A stretch of 64,000 nucleotides of DNA from a virus. The notes beneath the pieces were generated by a model. That model saw only the letters and a list, made by a program, of their open reading frames with translations, did no database searches and was not told the origin of the DNA. The translations under genes were made by a program, and so were the position numbers. How positions within the stretch are numbered: position 1 is the stretch's first letter; each line of letters opens with the position of its first letter. The stretch lies in the IMG/VR virus record IMGVR_UViG_3300027963_000040. One strand, 5' to 3'. Below are positions 53,283 through 64,000 of the stretch, piece by piece.

Positions 53283-53960
53283 TTATATTAGATTTGTTTT
53301 TGACGAGAGAGACTTTAGGAAGCTCTCATAGATACCGAACTTACCTTGCTCGATCTCATCCATACGCATTTTCTTCATTTCTTTACGTGTTTCATATAGT
53401 TTCTCTTGATACCAAGATTCTGTAGATGCATCATAAACCCACTCAGCTCCTTCCATAATACCTTTGACAAAAGCATTAGGAGCAGAAGGATCAGCTACAA
53501 TATCCGCAGCTGTAGCAAGATGAAAATCATCCTGTACTTCCATGATACCTTGTTTGTTCGGCTTCAAAGAACCAAGACCACGAGAAGAAACGCCAAGATT
53601 AGCACCAGACTTCAGCAGACCCTTAGCAATATTACCCATTGGTGTATCTATAAGTCTAGCTTTACCAATGAAATTTGAACCATCACGCTTTAGTTCTGTA
53701 ATCATATGAGAAACACGATCAAGATTAATCTGAGGTCCGGCTGGGTGACCGAGCTCGCCATAAGCTCTTTTCTGATTGATATTGTTCTCGATGTATTTAT
53801 TGACTGCGGTTTCTAAAACAGGTAGGCTGTAAATACGACCATTGCGGTTAGGAGTATCAGCTTGCATGAAGATACCATGGATGTAATGGTCTTTAGAACC
53901 ATCTTCTTTAGCTTCGTAGAGGTATTCGACCTCTTCGGTTAGTTCTGTAATGAGTTTCAT
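53283..53960 (-). CDS. gp21: Prohead protease gp21
   Basis: NRNGRIY, GELGHP, RVSH, GVSSRGLGS, DIVADPSAP. Confidence 0.97.
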   Translation of the reverse strand: MKLITELTEEVEYLYEAKEDGSKDHYIHGIFMQADTPNRNGRIYSLPVLETAVNKYIENNINQKRAYGELGHPAGPQINLDRVSHMITELKRDGSNFIGKARLIDTPMGNIAKGLLKSGANLGVSSRGLGSLKPNKQGIMEVQDDFHLATAADIVADPSAPNAFVKGIMEGAEWVYDASTESWYQEKLYETRKEMKKMRMDEIEQGKFGIYESFLKSLSSKTNLI

Positions 53961-53969
53961 TTTTATAAC

Positions 53970-54248
53970 CTAATTCGTGAATGCAATAGGAACAGCCACT
54001 AGTGTTGTCGCTGTATTATTAGAAGTTAATATATCAGTTGGACTTTTTTGAACAATCAAAGTTTCGCCACCAATAATAGACATTGTCCATTTAGTAGTAG
54101 TATTGGTTGAATCTTTACACGTTATTAAAGCCAAAGATGTGACTGCAGAAGCATGAGAAAGCTTGACTAATCCGCTATTACCATATGAACTAAATGTTGT
54201 GGTGTTACAAACAGATTCAACACCAAGAGGTTTGATTATTGCACTCAT
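53970..54248 (-). CDS. Hypothetical protein
   Basis: Coupled within the head operon. Confidence 0.65.
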   Translation of the reverse strand: MSAIIKPLGVESVCNTTTFSSYGNSGLVKLSHASAVTSLALITCKDSTNTTTKWTMSIIGGETLIVQKSPTDILTSNNTATTLVAVPIAFTN

Positions 54249-55843
54249 ACGTTTCTTCCTGTATTAACGTCGACCGAGTAATTCGGGAATGTGTTTCTTG
54301 GAGCTCCGGTCATATCGATACCACCATCAACAGGTGCCGTTTGCTCGTCTTCTTCTTTGTCTTTTGAATGATCGCCGTAGACCATGTAATCATGAACTGC
54401 AGATACGTGATCTTTAGCAACTGCAATCTTTGCTTGCACCCATGGTTCAATCATTTGTTCATCACCCAGTTGCATAGCAAGATGCAACGCTTTATTTGCA
54501 AGAGCACGCAGTTGCGTTTTTGCCATTTCAGCGGATTCATCGCCGTCTGAACCGCCAAGTAGAGGAACTGCTAGGTCTTCCTTGATCGACGCTTGATGAT
54601 GTCTGATTACACTATTAGCTACGTGTGCAGCTGTTGTATCATTTAGTTCCGACGTTTTTCTACCGGGTAGACTTGCGCTGTATTTTGTGATGTCTTTACG
54701 ACTTGCGACTACGCGAGAACCAGGCGTTTTTTTATCTTTATACGCCGAATAAGGATGAATAGAAGTTAACTTTTCGCCTTTGTAATGAAGATCGTATGTC
54801 GGTTTGCCGTCAGGGTGCGCAGTGGTTGATTTCTTACCAGTTTTGACCAGTTTGTAGTCTGGATGTAAATCTGTTGCTTCGACGATTTCGGTGGAGCCAA
54901 CTCCGTGTAGAGCTCCTGAATTAAAACCCTCTGTTTCTTCTCCGAGGTGTGGAGTTACAGTAAACTTGTGGGTTTTACCGAGAGTTCCGGTTCTAGCCTT
55001 TGATCTAACATGAACTGTTTTACCGTCGTTCTTTGTTACCATACCGTAACTTTTGTCGCCTGTACCATGCTGATAGAAGTCAGTGTGCATACCAACATCC
55101 ATACCCTTCGCCATGTCTGGGTGCATCTTACCCTTGGCGCCATATTCGCGATGGTTTACTTCGTTGATTGGCTCAACTTCTTCGTTAGTCTTCTTTGATT
55201 TTTCTGGGTGCATGCTGTAATAAGCACCAAGAGCCATACGCTGACGTTCTTCGCCTGACTTACCAGCGAACTTCTGATCCTTTGACTTGCGGAAATCCCT
55301 GATTATGTCGCCAGCTGAAGTATTTTTTGTGAGAACTTCTTTGAGAGTCTTTTTTGGCTTAGAACAGTCAGCCATTTCGTGGACTGGGCAAGAAACACCT
55401 TCCTCGGTCATGTTGCACTTTGCGACTTCATTAGCTTCGTGCTTTATCGTGTATTGTTTGCCGGACTTATCTTTAGCTACAGAATAACCTTTACCAACAA
55501 ACTTTACGGTGGCTTTGGATTTGAAATCCGGATTGTTTTTGCTAGGGGAAACGTCGACCTCGTCACCAACCTTCTTAGCTTCATTTACACTTTCTGAATC
55601 TTTGATATTTTTACGACCATGTTTTGTTTCTTTAGCAAGAGCAGGCTTGATGTTCGTAGCCTGATACAACTCATCGGTATTACCAACGCGATCTGAATGC
55701 TTCTCAGTCTTGTGCAGTTTTACGAATTCTTGTTCGTTCGGAGCCTTCGGTTCGTAATCAACACCAGGATCCTTACCAGTTGAACCTGGTACGACTTTGG
55801 AGGTTTTTACGCCGTTTAAGATATCTTTAAGCGTCTTCGCCAT
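54245..55843 (-). CDS. Modular prohead core/internal polyprotein (gp68 position)
   Basis: Located between gp67 and gp21; modules separated by (V/I/L)xE motifs; shares a module with the 1-2119 ORF. Confidence 0.75.
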   Translation of the reverse strand: MAKTLKDILNGVKTSKVVPGSTGKDPGVDYEPKAPNEQEFVKLHKTEKHSDRVGNTDELYQATNIKPALAKETKHGRKNIKDSESVNEAKKVGDEVDVSPSKNNPDFKSKATVKFVGKGYSVAKDKSGKQYTIKHEANEVAKCNMTEEGVSCPVHEMADCSKPKKTLKEVLTKNTSAGDIIRDFRKSKDQKFAGKSGEERQRMALGAYYSMHPEKSKKTNEEVEPINEVNHREYGAKGKMHPDMAKGMDVGMHTDFYQHGTGDKSYGMVTKNDGKTVHVRSKARTGTLGKTHKFTVTPHLGEETEGFNSGALHGVGSTEIVEATDLHPDYKLVKTGKKSTTAHPDGKPTYDLHYKGEKLTSIHPYSAYKDKKTPGSRVVASRKDITKYSASLPGRKTSELNDTTAAHVANSVIRHHQASIKEDLAVPLLGGSDGDESAEMAKTQLRALANKALHLAMQLGDEQMIEPWVQAKIAVAKDHVSAVHDYMVYGDHSKDKEEDEQTAPVDGGIDMTGAPRNTFPNYSVDVNTGRNV

Positions 55844-56063
55844 CTTCCTGGTCCTCTACTTCTTCTGTTTCTAGTTCTTCTTCAGTTTCATAATCGTCAG
55901 AAGGGTTTACGAACATGTTCATTGCCATTTGTTGTTTCTTACCTTCAATCGCCGAAGCAACCCTATCCTGAAGAATAGCCTTGAAAGCGTCTTCAAAATC
56001 GATAGGCTTCTGAATTGAACTGAACTTGATAAGATCTGCTACCCGAGCTTCAATTTCCGTCAT
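55827..56063 (-). CDS. gp67: Prohead core protein gp67-like
   Basis: Small, acidic C-terminus, directly after the portal gene. Confidence 0.7.
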   Translation of the reverse strand: MTEIEARVADLIKFSSIQKPIDFEDAFKAILQDRVASAIEGKKQQMAMNMFVNPSDDYETEEELETEEVEDQEDGEDA

Positions 56064-56074
56064 GTCTATAATCC

Positions 56075-57781
56075 TTATTTATTTCTTGATAATATTTGCA
56101 CTGCTGATCTATATTTAGATTCATCCTGTATAGAACGTTTATCTTTTTTACTTAACAGATTAACCGTTGCTTCGGCTTCTCTTATTTTTTTAGCTTGCGC
56201 ATCATCTTCGGGTGGTGACTCTTCTTCATCAGGAGGTTGTTCGCTCCCATCAGATATTTGATCGTCCATTCCATCCATAGGAGAAGGAGGATTCCAGCGA
56301 GGATCATCCTGCTCTTCTTCAATTTGCTTGTCATGTTCTTCAATATCATCATCTGACTGCTGAAGGATATTTTTACGTGCCCACTCGTGCGAGTAGTACT
56401 TACCAAGTAGACCACCCTGATCCATAGTCATCATGAGCTGAGCTCGATTCTGAACCACTTCGGAATTCTTCAGCTCGGTGAAGTAGTTGTCTTTAGCGAA
56501 ATCGAATCGAATATCCGGAGCAATATTCTGCCAATCCTCGATCGACATAATACCTTTCAGAACCAGCTGCTTTTCTAACAGTGAAGTGAATAGTGTGCTG
56601 AAACGACCGCGAAGTCTTGAAATAAACTTAGAGAACTTCAGTTCGTCTCTTGTAACTTCTGTTGCTCTACCAAGAGAGAACAGAGCATCAGAATTTAGGC
56701 GATTCACAGGCACGTTTAGAGTTTGATACATCTTTTTCTGGAAGTAAAGAACATCATCCATCTGACCGAGCGTTTGACCGCCTGGTAGTGTAGTTACTTC
56801 CGTACCACGTCCGCCTTCTCTACGAGGCAGCCAGTAGTCTTCAAGCATCGTCATGAACTTTCTGTCGTCGCGAACTTCACCGGTGGCGCCATCGTAAATC
56901 AAACGATTTTTGTGCTTGACCATAATGTCGCGAACATACTGCTCAGCCTTCATCTTAGGCAAGTTACCAACATCGATATACCAGATACGACGCTCAGGAG
57001 CGCGCGCGAGGCGGTAAATGACTAGAGCATCTTCGAGAGTGCGAAGCTGATTTAGTGCTTTGATTGCTTTGTGAAGATATGAGAGAACCATTGTTCCCTG
57101 AGTGTCAGACAATCCGGATGTAATATACACAACCGAGTCTTTGGCGATCTTCATACCAGTTGTTGAAGGACCAACTACCTTATTACCGTAGTTGAAACCC
57201 TTGTCGTTGAAGATGAAGTATTCGTTTTGAACTTTTGGAACGACAGCCTCATGACCGTCTCCACCAGGAACTTTTCTTTTTGCCACTTCACGAACTTTAC
57301 GGATTTTTCTAGGATCAACGTATCTTACTTCTTTGATACCAGCACTTACGTTCTTTTCATCAATAACAACGTGGTAATACAATCTACCATCAATGTACCA
57401 GCGACGGTAGATATCGTATGCTCTTGATTGGAAATCTAGAATGTTCAAAACGTTTTGGAATTCGTCTCGAATGGCTTTCTTGACCTTGTCTGTGACTTCA
57501 AGGTTGTCGAGAACAATACTGACGATATTTTGTTCGTCGATTGATATTGATTCGTTAACGATTTCATCTACAGCCGAATCAATTTCAGGCTGTAGAGACA
57601 TTTCTCTGTACTTAGTTACTAACTCGGCTTCGGTTCTTACCGTCCCGTCTAGGTCAATATAAGTGCCGTAAGCACCACCTGCGGCAACGATAACTGCTCC
57701 GTCGTCTGCTTCTTTCGGAGCAAAAGACGGAGCTGTATCAACAGGAACTTTACGTTGGAATTCGAATCCGAATAGTTTCAT
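56075..57781 (-). CDS. gp20: Portal protein gp20
   Basis: YRLARAPERRIWYIDVGNLPK.KAEQY, EDYWLPRREGG. Confidence 0.98.
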   Translation of the reverse strand: MKLFGFEFQRKVPVDTAPSFAPKEADDGAVIVAAGGAYGTYIDLDGTVRTEAELVTKYREMSLQPEIDSAVDEIVNESISIDEQNIVSIVLDNLEVTDKVKKAIRDEFQNVLNILDFQSRAYDIYRRWYIDGRLYYHVVIDEKNVSAGIKEVRYVDPRKIRKVREVAKRKVPGGDGHEAVVPKVQNEYFIFNDKGFNYGNKVVGPSTTGMKIAKDSVVYITSGLSDTQGTMVLSYLHKAIKALNQLRTLEDALVIYRLARAPERRIWYIDVGNLPKMKAEQYVRDIMVKHKNRLIYDGATGEVRDDRKFMTMLEDYWLPRREGGRGTEVTTLPGGQTLGQMDDVLYFQKKMYQTLNVPVNRLNSDALFSLGRATEVTRDELKFSKFISRLRGRFSTLFTSLLEKQLVLKGIMSIEDWQNIAPDIRFDFAKDNYFTELKNSEVVQNRAQLMMTMDQGGLLGKYYSHEWARKNILQQSDDDIEEHDKQIEEEQDDPRWNPPSPMDGMDDQISDGSEQPPDEEESPPEDDAQAKKIREAEATVNLLSKKDKRSIQDESKYRSAVQILSRNK

Positions 57782-57796
57782 TTATTTTATTTTTCC

Positions 57797-57823
57797 AAAA
57801 CGGAGAGGAGTAATCTCCTCTCC
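57797..57823 (-). terminator. Hairpin/terminator after gp19
   Basis: GGAGAGGA/TCCTCTCC stem followed by TTTT. Confidence 0.65.
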
Positions 57824-57847
57824 TTCACAATATATATTATTTTACAA

Positions 57848-58420
57848 TCAGCCGCCAGGCTCGCCGGTGTCGATAGCAGCACCAGTTCCACCAAACTGAA
57901 TCGGAATCCAATAATCGTAAGAGAATGTTACATCGAACGTCTGAATAGCGTTTGTGTTATCCCAGTCCAGAGCCATATTAGAAACGGTTGTCGGAAAAAT
58001 ACCAACAAACTGATAAGATCTAATAGCGGTGCCTTCCTTAGAGAACTGTGTTACATAAGCATCTGTATTCTTGTAACTGTTTGCCGCAAGAAGCTTTACG
58101 TTTCCGACAAACTGATTGATCTGATTTGACCAATCTTCAAACATATTTCTTACTAGATAATCTTCATCATTCATAACCGTGACGGACCAATCGGCGAAAG
58201 TACGATCGCCAGCCAACTTAATCTGACGACCAAAATACGGAACGTTTACTGGATCGATAGTTGCTGCCGGAACTTCGGAAGCGCGACAAGTAAAAACAAA
58301 CTTATCGATTGTCGCTTGATCTTCGCCGATATTTGGATTGATCTGAACTTGAAAAAGACTTGGTCTTGCGCCACCTAACGTAAGACCGCGACTTTTGAAG
58401 TCATTGATATTAAAAGCCAT
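57848..58420 (-). CDS. gp19: Tail tube protein gp19
   Basis: GGARPSLF, GRQIKLAGDRTFADW.VTV.ND, F.YDYW. Confidence 0.96.
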   Translation of the reverse strand: MAFNINDFKSRGLTLGGARPSLFQVQINPNIGEDQATIDKFVFTCRASEVPAATIDPVNVPYFGRQIKLAGDRTFADWSVTVMNDEDYLVRNMFEDWSNQINQFVGNVKLLAANSYKNTDAYVTQFSKEGTAIRSYQFVGIFPTTVSNMALDWDNTNAIQTFDVTFSYDYWIPIQFGGTGAAIDTGEPGG

Positions 58421-58448
58421 GTTCGTTACTCCTGTTTTTCTTTATTTA

Positions 58449-60560
58449 TTAGAACTGACCGATGATTGTTGAGAACTGAACGCCAGTTCGAACAGCCACG
58501 AAATTCAGCTGAATAAAGTTGATTGAACGATTTGGCTTGATGTAAATATCACCCCAGAACTCATTTCGATCAATTCTTTCTGCTGTGTTATTTGTGGAGT
58601 CGCAAACAACCAGGAAGTCAGTTATACCACGACGAGCCTGAACGTCACGCAGATAAGGAACGACTAGGTTCTTAAACTGCGATCTTGTAAATTCATCGTT
58701 GAACTCAAACAGAGAGAATCTTGAAGCATTAGAGATTGATTTTTCAAGATTGATGAATAGACGACGAACATTGATATGATCGAATGCAGAAGGCTTCTTT
58801 GTTCCAGTCTTATCACCGAACAGAACGGTTCCTTGACCTGGGAATGTTACAATCGGATTGATCGAGTTTTTGTAAAGGAGATCTCTTTCGAGCTTTACTG
58901 GATTATAACGAAGCTTTACAATGTTTTTAATCTGACCGCGATTGAAACCGGCTGGAGAAAACCAAGCATCGTTTGTTGCTTCTGTTCTTGCTGCAAGACC
59001 AGCGATATCGCCGTTCAGAGGAACATAACGATAAACGTCGTTATAACGATCGTACATATACTTGTAACTTGAGTCGTACACAGCGTATGTAGAATCAGAA
59101 AGAGCGCCAAACCAGTTAACAAGCGAAGTAGCTTCCGCCCCAACGTTGCTCTTTACAAGAGAATCATCTGGAGAGATGAATGCAACGCAGTCTTTACGAG
59201 CTTCGGCGATATTCTGAATCAGATAATTCGCAAGCTGAAAGTTATTTACAGTCTGACCATTTACAGTTGTAGAACCGCCAGTTGGTTTACCCTGCATCAG
59301 TAGAGCAATATCGACTGTCTCTGTAGATTTATAAAGATCATACGCAGAAGCAAGAATGTTTAGAGGGGCTGTTGATTCTGTATAACCATCAGTTCCACCA
59401 GCGAACGATAGAGACAGAGGAGACATGTTAGATGAACTTGCGATATTCAGAGCAACATTTGAAACAGCACCGGTACGATCGTTAGCCCACCATACGTAAG
59501 CAGAACCATCGTTGATTACTGTTTTATAGTAAAGTGAAGCGCCTGCCTGAGACTTAGCATCAGTAGCACGGGAAACGTTCTCGTAAACTTCTAGAACTGC
59601 GTTAGGAATTCCAGTGAACATACCGTCTTGGTCAACAACCACTACGTGCATAGTATCAACGGCTGAAGTGTTACCGAAGTTTGTATTATAGTAAGAAGAT
59701 ACAGGAGCTCCATCGACTCTGTCGAAGAATTCCCAGTTTCTTGTCAAACCGATAACCGTGGTATTACCGTTAGTTGTAGTATTAGCGGTGAAATCGGTTG
59801 AAAGCTTGTAACCGCTATCGAAGTTTAGTGCAAAAGTTGCTACTGAAGCATTGGCAGTAACTGATCCAACAGAAGTAACTTTCAGATACTGAGTTCCGAT
59901 AGAACTGTTTCCTACAGTTACAGCATCACCGACTATTAAACCATTCGCGATTGTATTTGCATAAGTGTTAGCTGCGCCAACAACGCCATCAGAAGTGAAC
60001 GAGAAAGTACCTGTGTTCGAACCAATGCTTAAAGAGAAAGAACCAGTAATCGTGTTACTTGTTACGGTTCCAACAAGAGCGAGGTTTGAGCTGTATGCGT
60101 TAACGCTGTCGCAAACCGAGATCTTCAGCGATGTTCCAAGATAACCAGGATACTTTGCGATATAAACTGCATTTGAAGAAGTGTTACCATCACGAACGTT
60201 TAGATAATCATTTCTGTTCTTTACAACGTTAGCCGCTACGTTTGCTACGTTCGTATTTGCAATCGCGTTAAACGCGCCTTGAGCAGCATTTGAGCTAGTC
60301 GTATTGGCAGCACGAACTACGTAAAGAGAAGAACCGTAACCAAGAAAGTTAGCGGCAGTGAAAAAAGTCTCGTAGTTGTTTGATGTTGGTTTACCGAATG
60401 TGTTAACGAGAACGTTTTCATCGGTTACCAAAAATCTTTCGCCAACCGGACCCCAGCGAAAAATGCCGGCAACTGCACCGGTTGAAGTGGCTACGCCTGG
60501 AACAACTGTAGTAAGGTCGACCTCAGTTACGTTTACGCCAGGACTTATTTGATATGGCAT
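58449..60560 (-). CDS. gp18: Tail sheath protein gp18
   Basis: SPGVNVTEVDLT, F.WGP, WFSPAGFNRG, INVRRLF; late promoter 60607-60614. Confidence 0.98.
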   Translation of the reverse strand: MPYQISPGVNVTEVDLTTVVPGVATSTGAVAGIFRWGPVGERFLVTDENVLVNTFGKPTSNNYETFFTAANFLGYGSSLYVVRAANTTSSNAAQGAFNAIANTNVANVAANVVKNRNDYLNVRDGNTSSNAVYIAKYPGYLGTSLKISVCDSVNAYSSNLALVGTVTSNTITGSFSLSIGSNTGTFSFTSDGVVGAANTYANTIANGLIVGDAVTVGNSSIGTQYLKVTSVGSVTANASVATFALNFDSGYKLSTDFTANTTTNGNTTVIGLTRNWEFFDRVDGAPVSSYYNTNFGNTSAVDTMHVVVVDQDGMFTGIPNAVLEVYENVSRATDAKSQAGASLYYKTVINDGSAYVWWANDRTGAVSNVALNIASSSNMSPLSLSFAGGTDGYTESTAPLNILASAYDLYKSTETVDIALLMQGKPTGGSTTVNGQTVNNFQLANYLIQNIAEARKDCVAFISPDDSLVKSNVGAEATSLVNWFGALSDSTYAVYDSSYKYMYDRYNDVYRYVPLNGDIAGLAARTEATNDAWFSPAGFNRGQIKNIVKLRYNPVKLERDLLYKNSINPIVTFPGQGTVLFGDKTGTKKPSAFDHINVRRLFINLEKSISNASRFSLFEFNDEFTRSQFKNLVVPYLRDVQARRGITDFLVVCDSTNNTAERIDRNEFWGDIYIKPNRSINFIQLNFVAVRTGVQFSTIIGQF

Positions 60561-60609
60561 TTGTTATCTCCTTTCGAAAGTATATAATAATCGAGCGTTT
60601 CAAACTTAT

Positions 60610-62253
60610 TTATAAAAACCCGTGTTCTGGCTCGTCGCTCATCCATCCTCTAATAGTCGGAGCCTCGACTATCTCTGCATGCGTCATGCCATTATCAACA
60701 AATCCAAACGGAGTAAGATCCTGTGAAATTTCTTCATCTGTTTTTTCGCGGAGCCTCGAAAGTGTATTTATCGATGTCAATTCTTTGAAATACATCTGAT
60801 CCGAAAGCCAGGCGAACAGAACCAAACCCATAACCATATCATCATGTTTGCCGGACTCAGCTTCGTAGGACAATCCTTTTCTGGAAAAAGTAGAGAGTTC
60901 GCTAATAGTTTCAAAATCATTTATTACAAACTGATTTTGTTCGATGAGAAGCTTCAAGATTGAACAACCGACAGATTTTACTGATTTTGTTGTTCTGATA
61001 CCTTTGTCGATATTACCGCCGAAACCTGAAGTGATTCTCTTGCCGTTTCTGCCAGCTGATTCTGTGAACAGAACGTTATCGTATTCAAAATCATAATGTA
61101 ATGAATTTGCTACCTGACCACCCATGTTATTGATTTCAACAAGAACAACAGCGCTGTTATACGATTTGCAAACTCTGAAAACAATCTCAGCATAGTCAAT
61201 TGGCGACACTAGATTGTTACGGTAAGTGCAGACCTGTTTGTAAGGCATAGAATGAACGTCTATTATACTGAATGCCGAGTAGTCTAAACCTTTGCCCTCT
61301 GAAACGTCGACGATACAGACGTAAGGGCGATCTTTCACAGGTTGTTCAAATAACTGTAACCCATTGTTTTTATGCATTGGTATTTTGTATACGAGCTCTT
61401 TTAGTTTCCAACCAGCGATAAGAGTACCAGAGCTACCTTGGAATTCTACACAGTATTCTTGATCAAACTTTTCTGTATCAAAATTCATCGCGGAAAGAGT
61501 GTCTTTTCTCCAGGCTTCGTCTCTTCCTGGAACGTCATGCCACATGACTTTGATTGGCTTGTAATTGTTTTTACCTTCGGACGAGTTCTGCCAGATTTTG
61601 TAGAAGTGATTTAGACCGTTTGGAGTTGAAACCAAAACGATCTTTGATTCGGTGCCGGATGAAATTGTAGGATAAACGGATGTGAAGAATTCGTCCCAGT
61701 TCTCAATGAACGCAGCTTCGTCGATAAACAATAGGTTGATAGAGTAACCACGAATGTTATTAGAAGAAGTAGCAGCTGCTATGACTCGGCTATTATTCTC
61801 TAACTCAAACGATCCTTTGTTCCATTCTTTTACACCCTGTTGCAACCATTTAGGAAGATACTGATACGCCAGCTGAATACGCCCAAGGATTTCGCGTGCT
61901 GTATCACCTTTATTTGCAAGTAAAGCGACGGTTTTGTCGGCATGGAAAATGATATACCAAAGAATGAATCCACAAGTAGTAGTTGACTTACCAGCCTGTC
62001 TAGCCGTAGCGATGACAGTGTATCTTTCTTCTGCCATCGTCTTGAGCATTTGTTCTTGATATGTATAAGGAACGAAGTTAACCAGACCACGGTTGATGTT
62101 GATGATCTTCATGTAAGTTGTAACGAAGTATACAACATCGTTTTTGCACTTCATGTATTCTTGCACTAATTCCGGAGTCCAGTTTACGGAGACTCCGCTG
62201 CGCTTTAGATTAGGATTACCAAGATAACTTCTGAAATTGTTAATCTCATTCAC
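60610..62253 (-). CDS. gp17: Terminase large subunit gp17
   Basis: YLGNPNLK, RQAGKST, IDEAAF, STPNG.NHF, HDDMVM. Confidence 0.98.
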   Translation of the reverse strand: MNEINNFRSYLGNPNLKRSGVSVNWTPELVQEYMKCKNDVVYFVTTYMKIININRGLVNFVPYTYQEQMLKTMAEERYTVIATARQAGKSTTTCGFILWYIIFHADKTVALLANKGDTAREILGRIQLAYQYLPKWLQQGVKEWNKGSFELENNSRVIAAATSSNNIRGYSINLLFIDEAAFIENWDEFFTSVYPTISSGTESKIVLVSTPNGLNHFYKIWQNSSEGKNNYKPIKVMWHDVPGRDEAWRKDTLSAMNFDTEKFDQEYCVEFQGSSGTLIAGWKLKELVYKIPMHKNNGLQLFEQPVKDRPYVCIVDVSEGKGLDYSAFSIIDVHSMPYKQVCTYRNNLVSPIDYAEIVFRVCKSYNSAVVLVEINNMGGQVANSLHYDFEYDNVLFTESAGRNGKRITSGFGGNIDKGIRTTKSVKSVGCSILKLLIEQNQFVINDFETISELSTFSRKGLSYEAESGKHDDMVMGLVLFAWLSDQMYFKELTSINTLSRLREKTDEEISQDLTPFGFVDNGMTHAEIVEAPTIRGWMSDEPEHGFL

Positions 62254-62675
62254 TTTTTCATATCCTCGATCATCTTCTGAAGCTCGGATGTCGAACCTAC
62301 AAAAAGATTGTTCGTAACGTGTTTTTTCGCTTCTTCATCCTGAGGAACATCCGCCTTGTCAATCGTTCTGATCTGCTGCTGTATGTCAAGCAACTGTTTA
62401 GATGCGTTTGTGACTGTATCCATAAGTTTAGCGAGGACCTCGAACGCTCTTGGATTTTGAGACTGATCTGCGATAGTTGCAAGTTTTGCGATAGCGTCAG
62501 TACCATTTTCTATAACCTCTCGAACGTTCGCGCGCGCGAAGGTAAAATCTTCTTTAGCCGAATCATTTCTCGCCGTGTTAACGATAGTAGAAATTGATTT
62601 ACTATAGTCTGGTGGAACAATTGGTCCCAGATTCAATGCCCTGTCGATTGGGCTCTCATCATCATTATTGTCCAT
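62250..62675 (-). CDS. gp16: Terminase small subunit gp16
   Basis: D...AR.N, PRAFEV, NNLFVGSTSEL. Confidence 0.92.
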   Translation of the reverse strand: MDNNDDESPIDRALNLGPIVPPDYSKSISTIVNTARNDSAKEDFTFARANVREVIENGTDAIAKLATIADQSQNPRAFEVLAKLMDTVTNASKQLLDIQQQIRTIDKADVPQDEEAKKHVTNNLFVGSTSELQKMIEDMKK

Positions 62676-63501
62676 AATCCCGTTCCGTGATGTTAGTTAC
62701 GTAGCCAAAATCGTCTGTTGCAACAATATTAGCAACTGGTATCGAAAGGCTAGAGTTTGAAGTTGGTTTACCATTTGCAGTCAATCCAGGCTGCACCTGG
62801 ATGTATGATACAACTGGATTGGATGTATTTGCGACAATGTCACCTTTTACGACAAAGAATTCTGTATTCGAAAACTTGATAACTTTGGAAGTTTTTACCG
62901 GACCGTATAGATAAGCTTTCATAGTGAAATCAAGATTCCAAACCATCGATCTGCGTTCTTTGAAATCGCCTTCGTATACGTCTTCAAGATTAACTCTATT
63001 CAGAACGACCGGTATGTCCATGGTCACATTCATCTCGGGAATAAGATGAACAGTAGTTGTCCAGTCTGGTGTGAAGTAAGGTAGAATCTGCTCTACGATT
63101 TTGTTACCATCTTCGGCATTCTTTACAAGCACGCTGAGTTGAAAGTTGATGTTGTAGGGAACTGGCATATACTGATATTTGTTCTTCGACTTATCATCCG
63201 GGTCTACTACTGCAATACGATTAATCGTCTGGAGTTTTCTAGAACCATCATAGTCGAAGCCAGTCATTTCGAACGCCATCATCGGTAATGGATACGTCGC
63301 TGTTGGGCGATCAATATTAGGATCCTGAACCACACGAGACAGCATTTTGTCTTTTGGTCCGTATGTAATCGGAACTCTTTCGACAAGATTCACGTTACCA
63401 TTTTTATCTGTTCTGCTGATGTAGATACCGTTGAACAAAGTTCCGAACAGGATAATGTATTTACGGATCGATGAGAAGTAGAATGGTGTTGATGAGAACA
63501 T
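62665..63501 (-). CDS. gp15: Tail terminator/sheath stabilizer gp15
   Basis: FGTLFN, VPI.YGPK.K, QILPYF.P, DIPV.L. Confidence 0.95.
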   Translation of the reverse strand: MFSSTPFYFSSIRKYIILFGTLFNGIYISRTDKNGNVNLVERVPITYGPKDKMLSRVVQDPNIDRPTATYPLPMMAFEMTGFDYDGSRKLQTINRIAVVDPDDKSKNKYQYMPVPYNINFQLSVLVKNAEDGNKIVEQILPYFTPDWTTTVHLIPEMNVTMDIPVVLNRVNLEDVYEGDFKERRSMVWNLDFTMKAYLYGPVKTSKVIKFSNTEFFVVKGDIVANTSNPVVSYIQVQPGLTANGKPTSNSSLSIPVANIVATDDFGYVTNITERDYGQ

Positions 63502-64000
63502 CAGATTTTGCCCTCACTGAAAGGATCTTTTTCGGTAAAGTCAATAAAGTCATCCGATCCCAGCGGGAAGTTATCAGTTCCTTGCTGAATCGTATCGTTT
63601 TCAGACGCTGGATTGATAGTTTCAGGTTTGTAACCCTCTACAACCAGATAATTACTATCTTCATCAGTCAAATTGACACCCTCTTCATTCATAATAGCAT
63701 AATCAAGAATATTAACAGAGTAATTTTGCTGAATTGCATCGATCTCAGGAATACCAGTGTTGAATTGTTCGTTGCTGTATTCGAAGAGCTCACAAATCAG
63801 TTCCCAAGTCTGCAAAGCACCGAACTGATAAAACATCTCGAACTTATTGACGAACTTGATCTGGAAACATTTGCGATTCAGTGGGAAGTAAATCAGATCG
63901 CCTTCGTTCGGTCTTACCTGATCAGTTACAATAGCAACTTCCTGATTGAACGTTCTCTGGGCAATGCTGAATACAACCTGATCGCGAATCTGCAGTCCAA
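63501..64000 (-). CDS. gp14: Neck protein gp14 (5' end outside the window)
   Basis: RPNEGDLIYFPL, FYQFG, CELFEYS.E..NTG...ID, DFTEKDPF. Confidence 0.92.
   Translation of the reverse strand, partial: GLQIRDQVVFSIAQRTFNQEVAIVTDQVRPNEGDLIYFPLNRKCFQIKFVNKFEMFYQFGALQTWELICELFEYSNEQFNTGIPEIDAIQQNYSVNILDYAIMNEEGVNLTDEDSNYLVVEGYKPETINPASENDTIQQGTDNFPLGSDDFIDFTEKDPFSEGKI

Overview
This window is a 64-kb segment of a lytic T4-like myovirus genome, coded almost entirely on the minus strand. It contains the morphogenesis block (gp14-gp23), the replication/recombination block (gp3, uvsY, uvsW, gp55, gp47/46, gp45/44/62, regA, gp43, uvsX, gp41) and lysis genes (GH19 endolysin, two-component spanin). It also has a TET/JBP-oxygenase plus glycosyltransferase DNA-modification cluster and many small early genes, each with its own sigma70-type promoter. 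A ~10-kb RNA island holds 26 tRNA or tRNA-like genes, a permuted two-piece tmRNA, several unexplained structured RNAs and two HNH endonucleases that split tRNA genes. The permuted tmRNA (tag ANDNFAVETRLAA) and a DUF1127-like peptide suggest an alphaproteobacterial host. The strongest novelty candidate is at 26520-28375: a Ro60/TROVE-like vWA protein preceded, on the same predicted transcript, by four Y-RNA-like units. The units share a covarying terminal stem and a (A/T)C(A/T)GCA motif but carry different internal domains, one of them a circularly permuted tRNA mimic. All calls come from reading the sequence by eye; no searches were run.
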